From Octopus sinensis (lineage: Eukaryota): a stretch of DNA of 64,000 nucleotides. Positions 25,062-37,667 of this stretch are shown here, one piece after another. Under the pieces are notes generated by a model, which saw only the letters and a list, made by a program, of their open reading frames with translations, searched no databases and was not told where the DNA came from. The stretch covers positions 9,114,001 to 9,178,000 of the forward strand of contig NC_043000.1 of the NCBI RefSeq assembly GCF_006345805.1, written 5' to 3'. A program made the translations under genes and the position numbers. The stretch's first letter is position 1; every line of letters starts with the position of its first letter.

Positions 25062-25340
25062 CTGTGAAGACGCGTGAACTGTTCATTAAAGGTGTTGCTT
25101 TCATGATTGTAAGATCGTTGTTTCGATTCTCAGACAGGTTGTGAATTGTATCATTGAGCAAAACACTTAATTTCACGTCGCATCAGTCCATTTAGCTGTA
25201 AAAGAGTAAAACTGTGATGGATTGGACTGGGTAAGTCTGGCCTGCTCACCTTGCCAGCGAGGTGGCATCATTCGAGAGCAACAACAATTCGAGGAACTGC
25301 ATTGTGACCAGCGTTGTATAAGAATAACTGATAGTCTGCT
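25062..25340 (+). mobile_element. tRNA-derived SINE family C (tail type 1), degenerate
   Basis: GTGAAGACGCGTG head, TTTCGATTC B-box, TTGAGCAAAACACTT..TTTCACGT body and GCATTGTGACCAGCG tail shared with 28249-28515. Confidence 0.65.
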
Positions 25341-27553
25341 TCATACAGTGATACCCTTATATCTGTATCCATATATTTATCTAGCTAGCTAGCTATTTGA
25401 TTGCTTGTCTGCCTATCTCTCTGGCTGCCCGTCTGTCTATCCATCTATCTATTTCTTTCTCGCTTTCTCTGTCTGTCTGTCTCTCACTCTCTCTCTCTCT
25501 CTCTATGTGTGTGTGTGTGTGTGTGTGCGCGCGCGATCGCATGTGTGTGTGTTACTGTAATATTAGCCCCAAGCGGTGTTTAGGCACAAGCAAAGTTTAG
25601 ATTGGTTAAATATGTTTTTAGCAGTTGAAATATGCCACAGACACATTTTAACTAACCTAAACTTTGCACACACTCACACACACACACACGCGCACGTACA
25701 CACATACACACATATACATGCATACACATACATACACAATACACACACACAATACCTTTATAAAAGAACGATAAGCTACCACCAGCCTATTTACAAGAAA
25801 GACTGTTCGGGATCTTTATTCTCAGAAAAGTGAACAGGTGAAAATGTTCGTGAGAAGAACCTTCAGTTGTCTTTCTTCATCTTGTCAACACGGGCATTAA
25901 AGTCACACCAACAAGAGTAAATTGTTCATGTAGAAGCAAAGAAAGACACTGAGATTACCATATAGTTGTCTGATAGTGTTACACCTAATAAGGACGAATG
26001 CACTAAAGATTGTCGCATGGCTCAGGGGATAAAGTGACACAGTTAACTTCACGAATCGTACACTAATTTTAGACTGGTCTGAATGACGTTTGTTACAACG
26101 GATTTGCCTTAAAAATAATAATATATTTTGATTTACTTTAAATCGCAATTTATTACACGAACAAATAGCACGATGGCTCCAGTTTATAAGGGAAGGAAAA
26201 GAATGCAATTTTTTTTTATGGCAAAGTCAGAAGAGGAAGGCCTGTTCCCAAGACTTTTTAAAAAACTGCTGGCGAAAAAGAAGTGATTAATCACAACTCA
26301 TAGGTTACTGCAATGCCAAACAGTGCATAATGATACAAGGTTATTCTCAAACCGGAGTGCCTTTAACAGAATACACCGGATCAATAAATTAGGCTGATCG
26401 ATCAAAAATAGGTATTACCCATCTGACGGGCATTCCTCCAGAATCTTTTACAAAATTTTATTCACAAGACTTGGTTCGATCCGAAACTATGGTAGTTAAA
26501 CACTTAGCAAAACTGCTACGTAGCAGAATCGAACTTAGAACTACTTATCTACGATGCAAACTTGTTGACCAGGTGTTATGTCTACGATCATGTATCTCAA
26601 AGCATTAAAGATGCAAATGCTTCGATTAAAAATCGAAATCCAAAGAGGTTCAAAGACCTGGTTTAATCAAAGATGCAGATAAAAGACTCAACAGGGAACA
26701 TGTTTCGCTTTCAGGGAGATTTAGGCTTTGTTGAAACCATTGGAACCCAATAGCACTTCTTTCCATACAAGTGATAGTAAAACATACCTATGAAAAATAC
26801 GAAATCAGGACTTCCAATCAATACCGTGTCGATCTTTACATGGGACTATACGTATTGGGGTTCATAATTGATAACAGCTAAGAGGTTAAGGATCTTGGCT
26901 ACAGTGGTCCACTGCTCACCTGATACTACATTGAATCAGTTTTCTAGAGCTCTGCCAACCACTGATCTCTTGTAATTGTTTTGGGTCATTTTAGAAGTGG
27001 AGCATCACCTCTGAACATGCAGTCTTCCTCAATAGATTTTAAAATGGTTAACCTTCTATTTCCATCATCCAGGAACACTGTAAAAATTGAACTCACTGCA
27101 AACTAACGAAACACTGGTCAATGTTATAACATTGTCCCTTCTTAGAGAGACGAATTTTATCAACCCGGTCTGATTCATACATGAAGAGCTAGATGAACTG
27201 ATTAGAAGACATTTTCACACTCAACTACAGAGTGTGAAAATGTCTTCTCTGTTTACTGAACACAGACAACAGGATACAAACTTCCCAACAATTCGATTGG
27301 TTCGCCTATCGCCCGAAATAGATTTATTCTGCCTATGACCAGGCATTTTTTTTTACAATTATTTATCTATTTATTTTTGGGCTATACGATATATTTACAA
27401 AATGTCAGTTAAGATTTCCTTCTCACTTTTGTCTCTGACACTCCCTTTTCTTCTCTATGTAATTGTTGACTCATTATAAGTTTCTTTGGTTATAATTTAC
27501 TTTACATAACTGAACGCGCCCTAAACATTTACACTCGTGCACAAAAAATATAA

Positions 27554-27621
<68 letters not shown>

Positions 27622-27795
27622 TGCACATATGTATGCTAATGCATTGATACATAGATAAACATACGCACGTTCGATTTTCTGTAAAGGCTTGCTGCCTACT
27701 TTTCACCGAATTCTAAAGAGTATTACCTGATTTTCTAAGCTATCTTCTGTAGAATACCGACACACCTGGTGCTGATACGTTTATTTGCAAAATGT

Positions 27796-27824
<29 letters not shown>

Positions 27825-27830
<6 letters not shown>

Positions 27831-28119
27831 CAAAATAAGCAACAAGTATATCCAAGGTATGGAAGTACAATTGTTTCATGCTACTTCATTTTATTAAACA
27901 CTGTAAGTATTACATCAGTTTTAAAATGTTGAGCAATCTTCAGCCACTTATAGAATTTTCCAGTTAAACGGACTATGCAATTGGAAAATTCTATAAGTGG
28001 CTGAAGATAGCTCGACATTTTAAAACTGATGTAATACTTACAGTGTTTAATAAAATGAAGTAGCATGAAACAATTGTACTACTCTACCTTGGATATATTT
28101 GTTGCTTATATTGATTATA
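27825..28119. repeat. Long inverted repeat (~140-bp arms, 13-bp spacer), pseudo-LTR-like family
   Basis: Arms 27825-27965 and 27979-28119 are near-exact reverse complements. The right arm plus its extension to ~28215 is homologous to the single copy at ~57950-58165. Confidence 0.92.
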
Positions 28120-28210
28120 ATCACCCCATTTGATTTATATGGATAATACCATACAAAATTCTGGTGTCTTTAACTTAAGTACCATATTTATCTGAATCTA
28201 AATTTTGCTG

Positions 28211-28248
<38 letters not shown>

Positions 28249-28250
<2 letters not shown>

Positions 28251-28515
28251 TGTGATCACGTAACCGACCAGGCCCTCAGATGTTGTTACACATCGCTGAT
28301 CACAATGCGCTTCTGCATTGTTTTAGCGTTCAAATGACACAACTCCGATGGCTTGAGGAGCTGGCCAACAATCCCCACAGATTGAAAGGGGGCAGGAGCA
28401 ACGTGAAATGAAGTGTTTTACTCAAGAACACAACGTTCTCCCAAGTCAGGGAATCGAACCCACTATCTAGCGGTCGTGAGTGCAACACCCTAACAAGTAG
28501 ACCACGCGCCTTCAC
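28249..28515 (-). mobile_element. SINE family C (tail type 1)
   Basis: Reverse complement: TGTGAAGGCGCGTGG...GGGTTCGATTCCC...GTGTTCTTGAGTAAAACACTTCATTTCACGTTGCTCC...GCATTGTGATCAGCGATGTGTAACAACATCTGA. Confidence 0.78.
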
Positions 28516-28756
28516 ACACACAAGTTATATTTAGAATTAAAATTAAGGTTTAGATAGAATACATTAGAAAGCAGTATCTAAACCTTATTTCGGGTACTCC
28601 CAGGTAGTGTGCCTGCCGACCACGATCACTACCTATGGCTACCAGGTGTCATCCTCGGACTGCGTTTTCGTCGCTGGACCTATATAAGGAATTCCTAGGT
28701 GCACGTTGAGTATATACTAAATGACTGATTCGGAGGGTAACACACACACACACACA

Positions 28757-28827
<71 letters not shown>

Positions 28828-28880
28828 TAGATAGATAGATAGATAGAGAGATAGATAGATAGAGAGATAGATAGATAGAG

Positions 28881-29001
<121 letters not shown>

Positions 29002-29777
29002 TAGCTCGGTTACGATGTCTGTGTGTGTGTGTATGTGTGAGTGTGTGTGTGTGTGTGTGTGGGTGTGTGTATGAGTGTGTGTGTGTGCGTGTGTGTGTCT
29101 ATGTGTGTGTGCGTGTGTTGATACAATCCAATCCTGTTTCTCCAAGAAATGGATCTACGTAGCAGATCAGCAACCAGGAAAGCTGGAAAAAAACTGAGGC
29201 TCTACTTTCTGTTGCGAAGACATAAAAGATATCCAGTGAAATTGATATGTAAAGTCGTGCAGTGTCCACCGCCGAGCTTTGGAACTGAAAGATCCACCAA
29301 TTTCCGAATGGAACGCCTCTACATTGTGCCAAATGTTTTCTCCTCCTCATGTATGATTAAGATTAGACAGTGTAGCATCTCAGCCTTGAAGGACCCGCAA
29401 AGTTTCAGTAACTTGCAAAAATCCTAAGAGAGCTACGAGCAGTCGATATCTTCAAAAACCACCCAGACATCATCATATCTAATATTTCAGATGAATATCT
29501 CACTGCATGAAACACAAAGGCATAGAGAGAGACAGAGACAGAGACAGAGACAGAGACAGAAGGATGTGGGGAGGGAGACACGCTGACAGTCAGACACACA
29601 GAGAAAGAGAGGTATGGAAAAAAGAGAAAATCACATTATTGGCGGTGCCGAAGTATACTCACGTCTGGAAGAATTAATAAAAGAATAAAAGAAAATACAC
29701 GCGCGTGCGCATAAACATACACAAATTAATATGATATGAATATGAATGTATATATGCATATGTATATGTTTATATGT

Positions 29778-30025
29778 GGAGGTGCCTGGCTTAGTGGTTA
29801 GGGTGTTGAATTTATGATCGTAAGGTTGTGGTTTCGATTCCTAGACCGGGCGATGCGTTTTGTTCTTGAGCAAAACACTTCATTTCACATTGCTCCAGTC
29901 CACTCTACTGGCAAAAATGAGTAATCCTGCAACAGACCGGCGTCCCGTCCTGAAGGGGAATATATACGCCAGTGAAACCGGGAAACCGACCCTTATGAAC
30001 CTGGCATGGCTCGAGGAGGAACAGT
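29778..30025 (+). mobile_element. SINE family C (tail type 2)
   Basis: TGGCTTAGTGGTTAG A-box, GTTTCGATTCC B-box, TTCTTGAGCAAAACACTTCATTTCAC body and ..GGCGTCCCGTCC...GAAACCGGGAAACCG tail shared with 49150-49408. Confidence 0.82.
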
Positions 30026-30581
30026 TATATGTTTATATATTAAAAACAGAGTAAACAGCCAAAGCATATGGTATCACTTTGAGCATTTAATTCTTGATTT
30101 AAACCTAATGCAGAGTAGTTATAGCAAATAGGTAAGGTCTCTTACAGCTGTTTCTAGAATAGCGAAGCGTGCGGATCTTATATTGTTGAGTAAAGATTTG
30201 CACGCCTGCTAAGTATTCCTCGATCGGAGAGAGAGAAATAAGGAACAGCCTTAACCCAGGGTATTATTAGTTACCAGTTTGTTGAGGAATTAAGGAGTGT
30301 CACAAGTAAGAGATGATATTCGTTGGTAGATCCATGATCTATTATTGGAGAAATTTCTAGTAGTTGTAGTTCCTGTTTTACATCAATAGTTGGGGATCTT
30401 ACATAGCGCCCAACCAATTAATCCAAATGATGGCATCAATACTAAAACAGGACCCATATTTTGGACAAATAATATATTATATGCAGAAAGCTCCAGGAAC
30501 CATATTTCGTTTATATATGAAGGTGGAGAAAAAAATTTGAGTGGAGTGGAGATAATTGCAGCATTTGACTCTAAAAGATAC

Positions 30582-30876
30582 TTATTTCTTTATTGCCCAC
30601 AAGGGGCTAAACATAGAGGGGACAAACAAGGGGACAGACGAAATACCTATTTCTTTACTACCCACAAGGGGCTAAACACAGAGAGGACAAACAAAGACAG
30701 ACAAACGGTTTAAGTCGATTATATCGAACCCAGTGCGTAACTGGTACTTAATTTATCGACCCCGAAAGGATGAAAGACAAAGTTGACCTCGGCGGAATTT
30801 GAACTCAGAACGAACGGCAGACGAAATACGGCTACGCATTTCTCCCGGCGTGCTAGCGTTTCTGCCAGCTCGCCGC
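30582..30876 (-). mobile_element. SINE family B dimer flanked by a 19-bp target-site duplication
   Basis: ATTTGACTCTAAAAGATAC lies at 30563-30581 and again at 30880-30898. The internal junction GACGAAATAC|CTATTTCTTT is at 30646/30647. Confidence 0.9.
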
Positions 30877-31614
30877 TTTATTTGACTCTAAAAGATACGC
30901 CATTCCGTATAGTACATTTTTCTGTAGGTAATTTAGCTATTAAATAATTATTTACAAATACCAACTTTTGGATTACCATACTAATATGTATTAGAGTTTT
31001 CATATATGTTTTTATTAATGCAGTACGCTTGCATTAACACGTGTACAAATATTTAGTTTAATGGAACAGCAGTTTTGAGATAACGAATGAAATAGTTCAG
31101 TATTCTGTAGTACAATGAGTTAGATAATTATATGAAATTAGTTCATAGTTATTGCAGACGGAATAAGTAAAAAGTGTGAGTAATGGGTGCACGTTTCATC
31201 ATTGTAACCTAAAATCTGTACCTTTTGTTAAACGTGACTCGAGTATGTTAAAAGAAGTGGGTGAGAGACTATCTTATGGAGAAGAGTGGCATGGCTCCGT
31301 GTAGACTTCTGGATGGCTTTTCCTGGTTATAAAAAAAAGTCTCACCAGCTTTTTTATAACCTAATGAAATTTTTCTATGATGTTCGACCAGACTATTTGG
31401 CGGGAAGATTTCAGCTCACTTGTTTACACACCAGCCGATTTGATTATGCGAAACATGTTCGCGTAGGCGTTAGTACCTTTTATGGCGGCGCAGTTAATCT
31501 TTCATGGCTGGCTTTGCCTTTTATGGCAGTATTGTAAGCCGTGGTCTTTAACTCGGGAACCTGCACAGGGGTTCGAAATTCAGCAGGAGCCTCGCTACAA
31601 CATTTTAGAAATAA

Positions 31615-34495
31615 CTTTGACAGGTCCGGCCCGTATAGGTCCAGGCTATGTCTAACTCAATAGCACCACCTAGTGAAGTCTTTGGGGCATCATAGCCAAA
31701 TCTAGCAAAGAGTTATTATTGTTGGAGACATATCCGGGTGTAGGAGGTTGGTCCGGGATGTTTTGAAGAAATTTGTCCAGTGAACATTTGAATTTTATGG
31801 GATCCGTTTCTGTTTTGACATATTTTGGTATGGTATTAAAGAGAGCTGGACCGGTTGAGGTAAAGTAATTGTGACGTAATGTTGCTGTGTACCGAGTTCC
31901 ATTTTTGCAATGGGCGGATAGCACGTGGGCAAAGTCTTGGATGGATTTTAAAATTGATGCCAACATCATTTGTGCAATATTGATGGAATATTTTCCACAT
32001 AACAGAAATGATGTAGCGCTCCCGGCAGCGTTGGAGAGAATAGACATTGAGATTTTTTAGTCGACCCCAATAATCAATGCCTCTCATGCCGTCTATCTTT
32101 CTTGTTATGGACCTCTGGAGTGCCTCTACTTTCATAATGAGTTGCTTCGTATAGGAGGACCACAGTGAGCATCAGTACTCAAGGTGGGGCCGGGCAAAAG
32201 TAGAGTAGAGAAGGATGATGGTGTAGGCATCTCTAGACCGGAAAGTTCTCAGAATCCGGGAGCACATCTTGCGGCCAAGTCAACCTTGCTATTTACCTTA
32301 GATTATTATCAACAATTACTCTGAGATCTCTGGTGTTGTTGGATGACATTAGGGAGTCGACCGAGGGAAGAGCATATGGTAGATTCAGAGGTTCCTCTTT
32401 CCCAATGTGGATCAAATCAAACTTATCTTCATTTAGAAATATATTGTTTTTTCCGCCTATTGGACAAACAGATCTGACTGAAGGCATGTTCGGTTTCTAA
32501 TGCCATTTGTGGCTTTCTGGAGTTTGGAATCATCAGCAAAGATTTTCAATGTAGAATTTTTGATGACATCTACTATGTCATTGATGTAAATAACGAAGAG
32601 GAGTGGGCCCAACACAACACCTTGTGGGACACCACTACTGACTTTGGATGAGTTGGATCGTATTCCCTCAAACACAGCATGTTGGGTTATGTTTGTCAGG
32701 AAACAATTTATCCACTGTAGCAGCTTTCCACGGACTCCAGTGTTGGACAGCTTCTTCAGCAGGATTTTGTGATCTGCTCTGTGAAATGCCTTGCTGAAAT
32801 CACGGTATATGACGTTAGTGTTAGAGCCCTCTCCCAACGCTTTTAAGATGTCATCAAAATGGCGCAGAAGCTGCGACAGGCAATCTCTGCCATCATGGAA
32901 TCTATGCTGGTTGGGGTTCAGCAGATTGTTGTCTTCGAGGAATTGAGTTATTTGCGATCTCACTACCCTCTCAAATATTTTAATAATATGAGAAGCGAGT
33001 GAAATCGGACGGTAGTTCACAGGAAGAGATTTGCTTCCCTATTTGAAGACTGGAACGACAGACTGAGAAAGAAAAGGATCAGGAATGTAGCCTGCATCAA
33101 GTGAGTTTCTCCAGAGCTCAGCTAGAGGGAGTGCAATTTGATATCGACACATCTTCACGGCAGTGGCTGGGAACTTATCGGGACCTACTGCCGAGTTGTG
33201 CTTGATCTTATCTATTTCTCTTAGGTTATAAGGACCACCAAAAGTTAAATCAGATATGGTTAGTTGGGGGTTTACGTCACTGATACTAGCCAGATCAACC
33301 ACATTAGGGTTACTGAAGAGAGAGCAGTATTGTCTCTGCAGTATCTCGCACATGGATTTTGCATCATCATATAGAGTGTTGTTCTCGTCAACCAGAAGAC
33401 CAACAGTAGAAACAACATCTTTATATTTTTTTGCAAATAAAAAGAACATTTTGGGATTGAGCTTTATTTTCTCAATGACTCTCCTCGGCTGCTATTTCAC
33501 TCTTTAGGATGGTCATCAGGCTTTTTTGGAGGTCGTGTTTTTTCGATTCGAGTGATGCAATGACAGTCGCATGGGTGTGTTGCTACTGGCAGTATTTAAG
33601 TTGGTTGATTATCTTGTTAATTCTTTTTATTTTTCTTATAATTGCTCTTCTATTTCTAGGGATTCTGCACTTTGATTTGTATACTGATCTTAATAGAGTA
33701 TGTTTTGCGCATATATCTGTCACAGTATCTACAAATGTCTGCCGTGATGTGTTTATGTTGGAGAGGGTGTGTGCATGCATGAAGCCCCAATCAAATTGTG
33801 AAAGATCATGATTGATCGCATCCCAGTCAGCGTTATGAAAATCCATAGTGTCAAATGGATGGACTGGAGAGATGTCACTGGATCTGATCTTTTGGTGGTA
33901 GAATCTCAGATCACAGAGAATCATGTCATGGTCTGAGAGTAGTGGTGTTTTTTCCACTGCAATATTGAGGATAATGTCAGTGTGGTTACTGAACACTACG
34001 TCCAAAGTATTTTTGTGACACCTTGTTGGTTCACGAACTAGTTGGGTTAGGAAAAACTCATCCATGGAAATCAGTTCGATTGCTTTGTTATCAGGGGTTG
34101 AGGCGGAAAAACCTGGTTTCAAGCTGTTTGTGGACCAATCAACACTGGAAAGGTTGAAGTCCCCCATCATTAATATGCTGTCAGCATGATACTGATGGAT
34201 GAAACACTTAATACTGCTGAGGCATTCCTTGAAGCATAGAAAAGGAGTTAGGGGTGGCCTATAGAGCCCAACTACTATTAACTTGTTGGTTTTACTAAAT
34301 ACAGAAGCTGCTTCGCAGTGGCCGTTGGTAAATACGTCCCTTGCTTCAGCCGAAAACGAATTGTGCACGAAAATGGCGGTCCCACCCATTCTTCTCCGAC
34401 ACGATATGCACGGATGGCTGTAAAATTGTTCACTCTCACTTCCGCTTCCAAGTGGAGGTTACTGAGATGGGTCTCTGTGAGGATTTCCCACACGA
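31615..34495 (-). mobile_element. CR1/L2-group LINE, near-complete ORF2 (APE endonuclease + RT), frameshifted
   Basis: LTETHL, GGTAIFV, VVGLYRPP, LMMGDFN, NTLDVVF, SDHDMI (endonuclease); NYRPISLASH, DFSKAF, SSGVPQGVVLGPLLFVIYIND, FADD (RT); YWGRLKNLNVYSLQR and a conserved 3' UTR. Confidence 0.95.
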
Positions 34496-34519
34496 AATGG
34501 CGTGTAATTTAGTAGTATG

Positions 34520-34790
34520 TATGGGGCCAACTTCCGCGTTCTTTTACAGGGCTCAGAAAAACTGGAGGATCGCTGCCACAAGTGTGTGAATCTGAGAGGG
34601 GAATACGTTGAATAAAATCATAATTAACTGATCTTCCTGTTTTTTCTTTTTCCCAAAGCCAGGAAATTTTCAGTACTGTGGCAAGAAAGTTACACACCGA
34701 TGCCCAACACTCCGTATTCTTTTACAGGGATTAGAAAAACTGAAGAACTGCTGCCACAAGTGTGTGAATCTGAATAAGTAGATGAAAAAT
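34520..34790 (+). mobile_element. Two adjacent mariner transposase C-terminal fragments
   Basis: CTTTTACAGGGCTCAGAAAAACTGGAGGATCGCTGCCACAAGTGTGTGAATCTGAGAGGGGAATACGTTGAATAA reads LLQGSEKLEDRCHKCVNLRGEYVE*, a mariner C-terminus. A diverged second copy lies at ~34715-34775. Confidence 0.75.
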
Positions 34791-34899
34791 AAATTTAAAT
34801 AAAACAGTGGCAAAAAAATTCCGCACAAGTACTGATATTAAATTAGACTTCGTTCAAAATTGATATTATCCATAATGTAATCTGTGATGGGCAATCTGT

Positions 34900-35430
34900 A
34901 TTCTGTAACGTTTAGTATCATGTGTAATGTGTAGTGTTGTGTAATGTGTTATGGGCAATGAGTAATGTCTAATGTTTAATGTAATGGGTAATGCGTAATT
35001 TGTAATGGGTAATGTGTAGTGTAATACGTAATGAGTAAACTGTAGTGTAGTATAATGGGTAATGTGTAATGCGTAATGTGTAATGTGTAGTGTAAAGGAT
35101 AATGTGTAATGGGTAATGAATAATGCGTAATGTATAATGTTTAGTGTAATGTATAATGGGTAATGTGTAGAGTAGCAGTGTAATGGGTAATATGTAATGA
35201 GTAATCTGTAATGTGTAGTGTAATGAGTAATGTGTAATGGGTAAGGTGTAATGTGTAATGTGTAGTATAATGCGTAATGAGTAATGAGTAATGTAGTAGG
35301 TAATGTATAATGAGTAATTTGTAGTGTAATGTGTAATGCGTAGTGTAATGGGTAATGTGCAATATGTAGAGAAGTGTAACGTATAATTTGTATTATGTGT
35401 AGCGTGTACTGTGTAGTGTTGTGTTATGTG
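34900..35430. repeat. Complex degenerate satellite built from GTAAT(G/GG/GA/GC) and GTAGT units
   Basis: About 500 bp of shuffled TGTAAT, GGGTAAT, GAGTAAT, GCGTAAT and GTAGTGTAAT units. Confidence 0.9.
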
Positions 35431-36289
35431 TTCTTGTTATCTTCCAGAAAATTATTGATATAAAAGACATTTCAAGAAGGAACAAGGGAAAATAAAATGC
35501 TGAACATTCAAAGAAAGTGGAGGGGAAAAAACTAGGAAACTGGAAAATAAAAAATAAATAAGTAAAGAAATAAAACTGTCGACTGCATCGGTCTTCTGAT
35601 ATCCGTCCATGAATTGCTTTCATAGAAGAATCGATAGTATCAGACAAAATACTGATATTTAGTTATGTATTTTGTTTTTCTTTACGTTTTGAGCCAAAAT
35701 CTCACCTAGATCGAATTTGCCTTTCTTTCTTCTGGATTGAAGAAAATAATATCCCAGTCATATACTGGAATCGATTTAATCGACTGCTTCTTACTCCGAA
35801 CTAAAACAGCCATCGACATCAGAAATGCAGGTGAGATAGAATTCCGGAGGGTTAGAGTTCCAGGAGTGTGCGTTGCATAGCGGGGAATTGTTCAAGTCGG
35901 AATCTGAAAGATGAGATTCGTCAAAGTCCTCGACTGGATGAAATACGTGTTCATCATGTAGGCCCGCGAGGAGAGAGCATATATTTGCTAATATAGATAA
36001 GCAGACTAAAATGGAGGGCTGGGAGAATCGTTAAGCCGCCGAGCAAAATGCTTTTCTGAGTTCGAATTCCGAGGACGATTTTTCCTTTCATCCTTTCGGA
36101 CTCGACAAATTATATGAGCATTGGGGTCGATATAATCGAATTAGCCCTTCTTTAAAATTGCTGATCAAGTTCTAAAATTTGAAACCAATATAGATAAGAT
36201 GGCGAGACTCAAAAACAACAAAATCCGTCTGTGAGTAAGGGGTTGTCGTGTTTTGATTACTGATTAATCAGACGGCTTGCTTTTGAATA

Positions 36290-36900
36290 TCGTACGTGAT
36301 ATGTATTTGTGTGTCGTAACAGCACATATATGAGCAGGACTCCAATGTGGAACTTGTTTGATCCTTCTAAGTCAGCAACCTTCTGTTTTCTTCGGTAATG
36401 GGGTTTTTACAAAGGACACTCAGCAGCTGCGATGCATGGAACGGCTTTGCGAGCTTTATTAGTGCCAGGTTCGTGATTAAAGAGGGAGAGGTGCAATTTC
36501 ATTGGTGTACGAGATGTTTGTGTTTTTATGTTCTTGAAAGGAACCAAGTTCTCGATTTACCACTGAAAGTCGTACTTCAGGCCTTTGAAGTCAGGTGTTT
36601 CTACGGCGTGGATTACACTTATGTACGTAGGGTTAAGGAGGGGATGTACTTGGCTAGAAGCGGCAGTAAGTCATTAATGCATAGAAGGAAGTATGAGGAA
36701 CTACAACTGACATTTGGAGTATATCAGACCTGAGAATATAAGACTCGGAGAAACCAGCATTGCACATATAATCTCGAGGTTATGAAAGAGATGATTCATA
36801 TAAATGTGTTTATCATATTCGAGATACTGGAAATGAGAATGATAGCTGATGGCGTTAGAGAGGTTCCTCTTTTGTGGTAGGGAAACACCTAGTAACATCG
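36290..36900 (-). mobile_element. Highly degenerate Jockey/CR1-like RT fragment
   Basis: Broken reverse-strand motifs: PQMSVV..FLLCINDL (resembling GVPQGSVLGPTLFLLxINDL) and STLESCSYM (resembling STLEYCSHIW). Many stops and frameshifts. Confidence 0.55.
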
Positions 36901-37667
36901 TCCCAAATACTAGGACTGATTCTTAATGGGTATGTATGTGTGTGTGTGTGAGAGAGAGAGAGAGGGAGAGAGAGAGAGGGAAGCAGAGAAAGAGAGAGAG
37001 AGAGGGAGAGAGAGAGAGGGAAGCAGAGAGAGAGAGAGAGAGATTATAACCTTCGGCAAAGATAGCAGCTAGCGATGGAACATAACGTGAGAGGGTAATG
37101 GAAGTGATAGCATCATCGGGACCGATCGCCTCGTTGCGTTGGCTTAGACAGCATAAATCAAGACTGGTAAGCCTATAATTCCAAGCTTTCCTTGCAGCAA
37201 AAATCGGATACATTCATAGTCAGTTTGTTTGTCGTTGTGTATCATGGATTAATTAAATGATGTCTAGGATTAACTGTTAGTCATTGCAAGAGACGGATAT
37301 AAATATTGCCACCTTATCTGTACTCCCTCTCTCTCCCCTCCTTCCCTATCTCTCTCTCCCTCAATAATTCACTCACTCTTTCTAGTTCATGTCGTTAAAT
37401 AAGAAATTTTTATTTGCGCTGGTGACAAATAGCCGGCTTTGAATGAGTGATTTCGTGAATTGTGAGTGGAGTACTTGCGTCATTGCTGAATTCGCTCCCA
37501 AATCCGTTGCTAGGAAAGTAGATATTACATATATTACATATAGTAATAATGATAATAATCTATATTACATAGAGACTGGTCTGAAATATTACAATTACAG
37601 CAGAGAATAGAAAAAATATTTTCGTTCTGCTTTAAAATAGCTTCTAAACATTCTCAATATTATCCCA

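Noticed and set aside
26915-27078. Minus-strand segment bounded by TTTTTACAG and CAG|GTGAGC, resembling an exon
   Set aside because: All three frames contain stop codons and I recognise no protein similarity.
30390-30713. 107-aa ORF
   Set aside because: It runs into a SINE, the unique part has no recognisable homology, and it would stop soon after the TSD if the SINE were removed.
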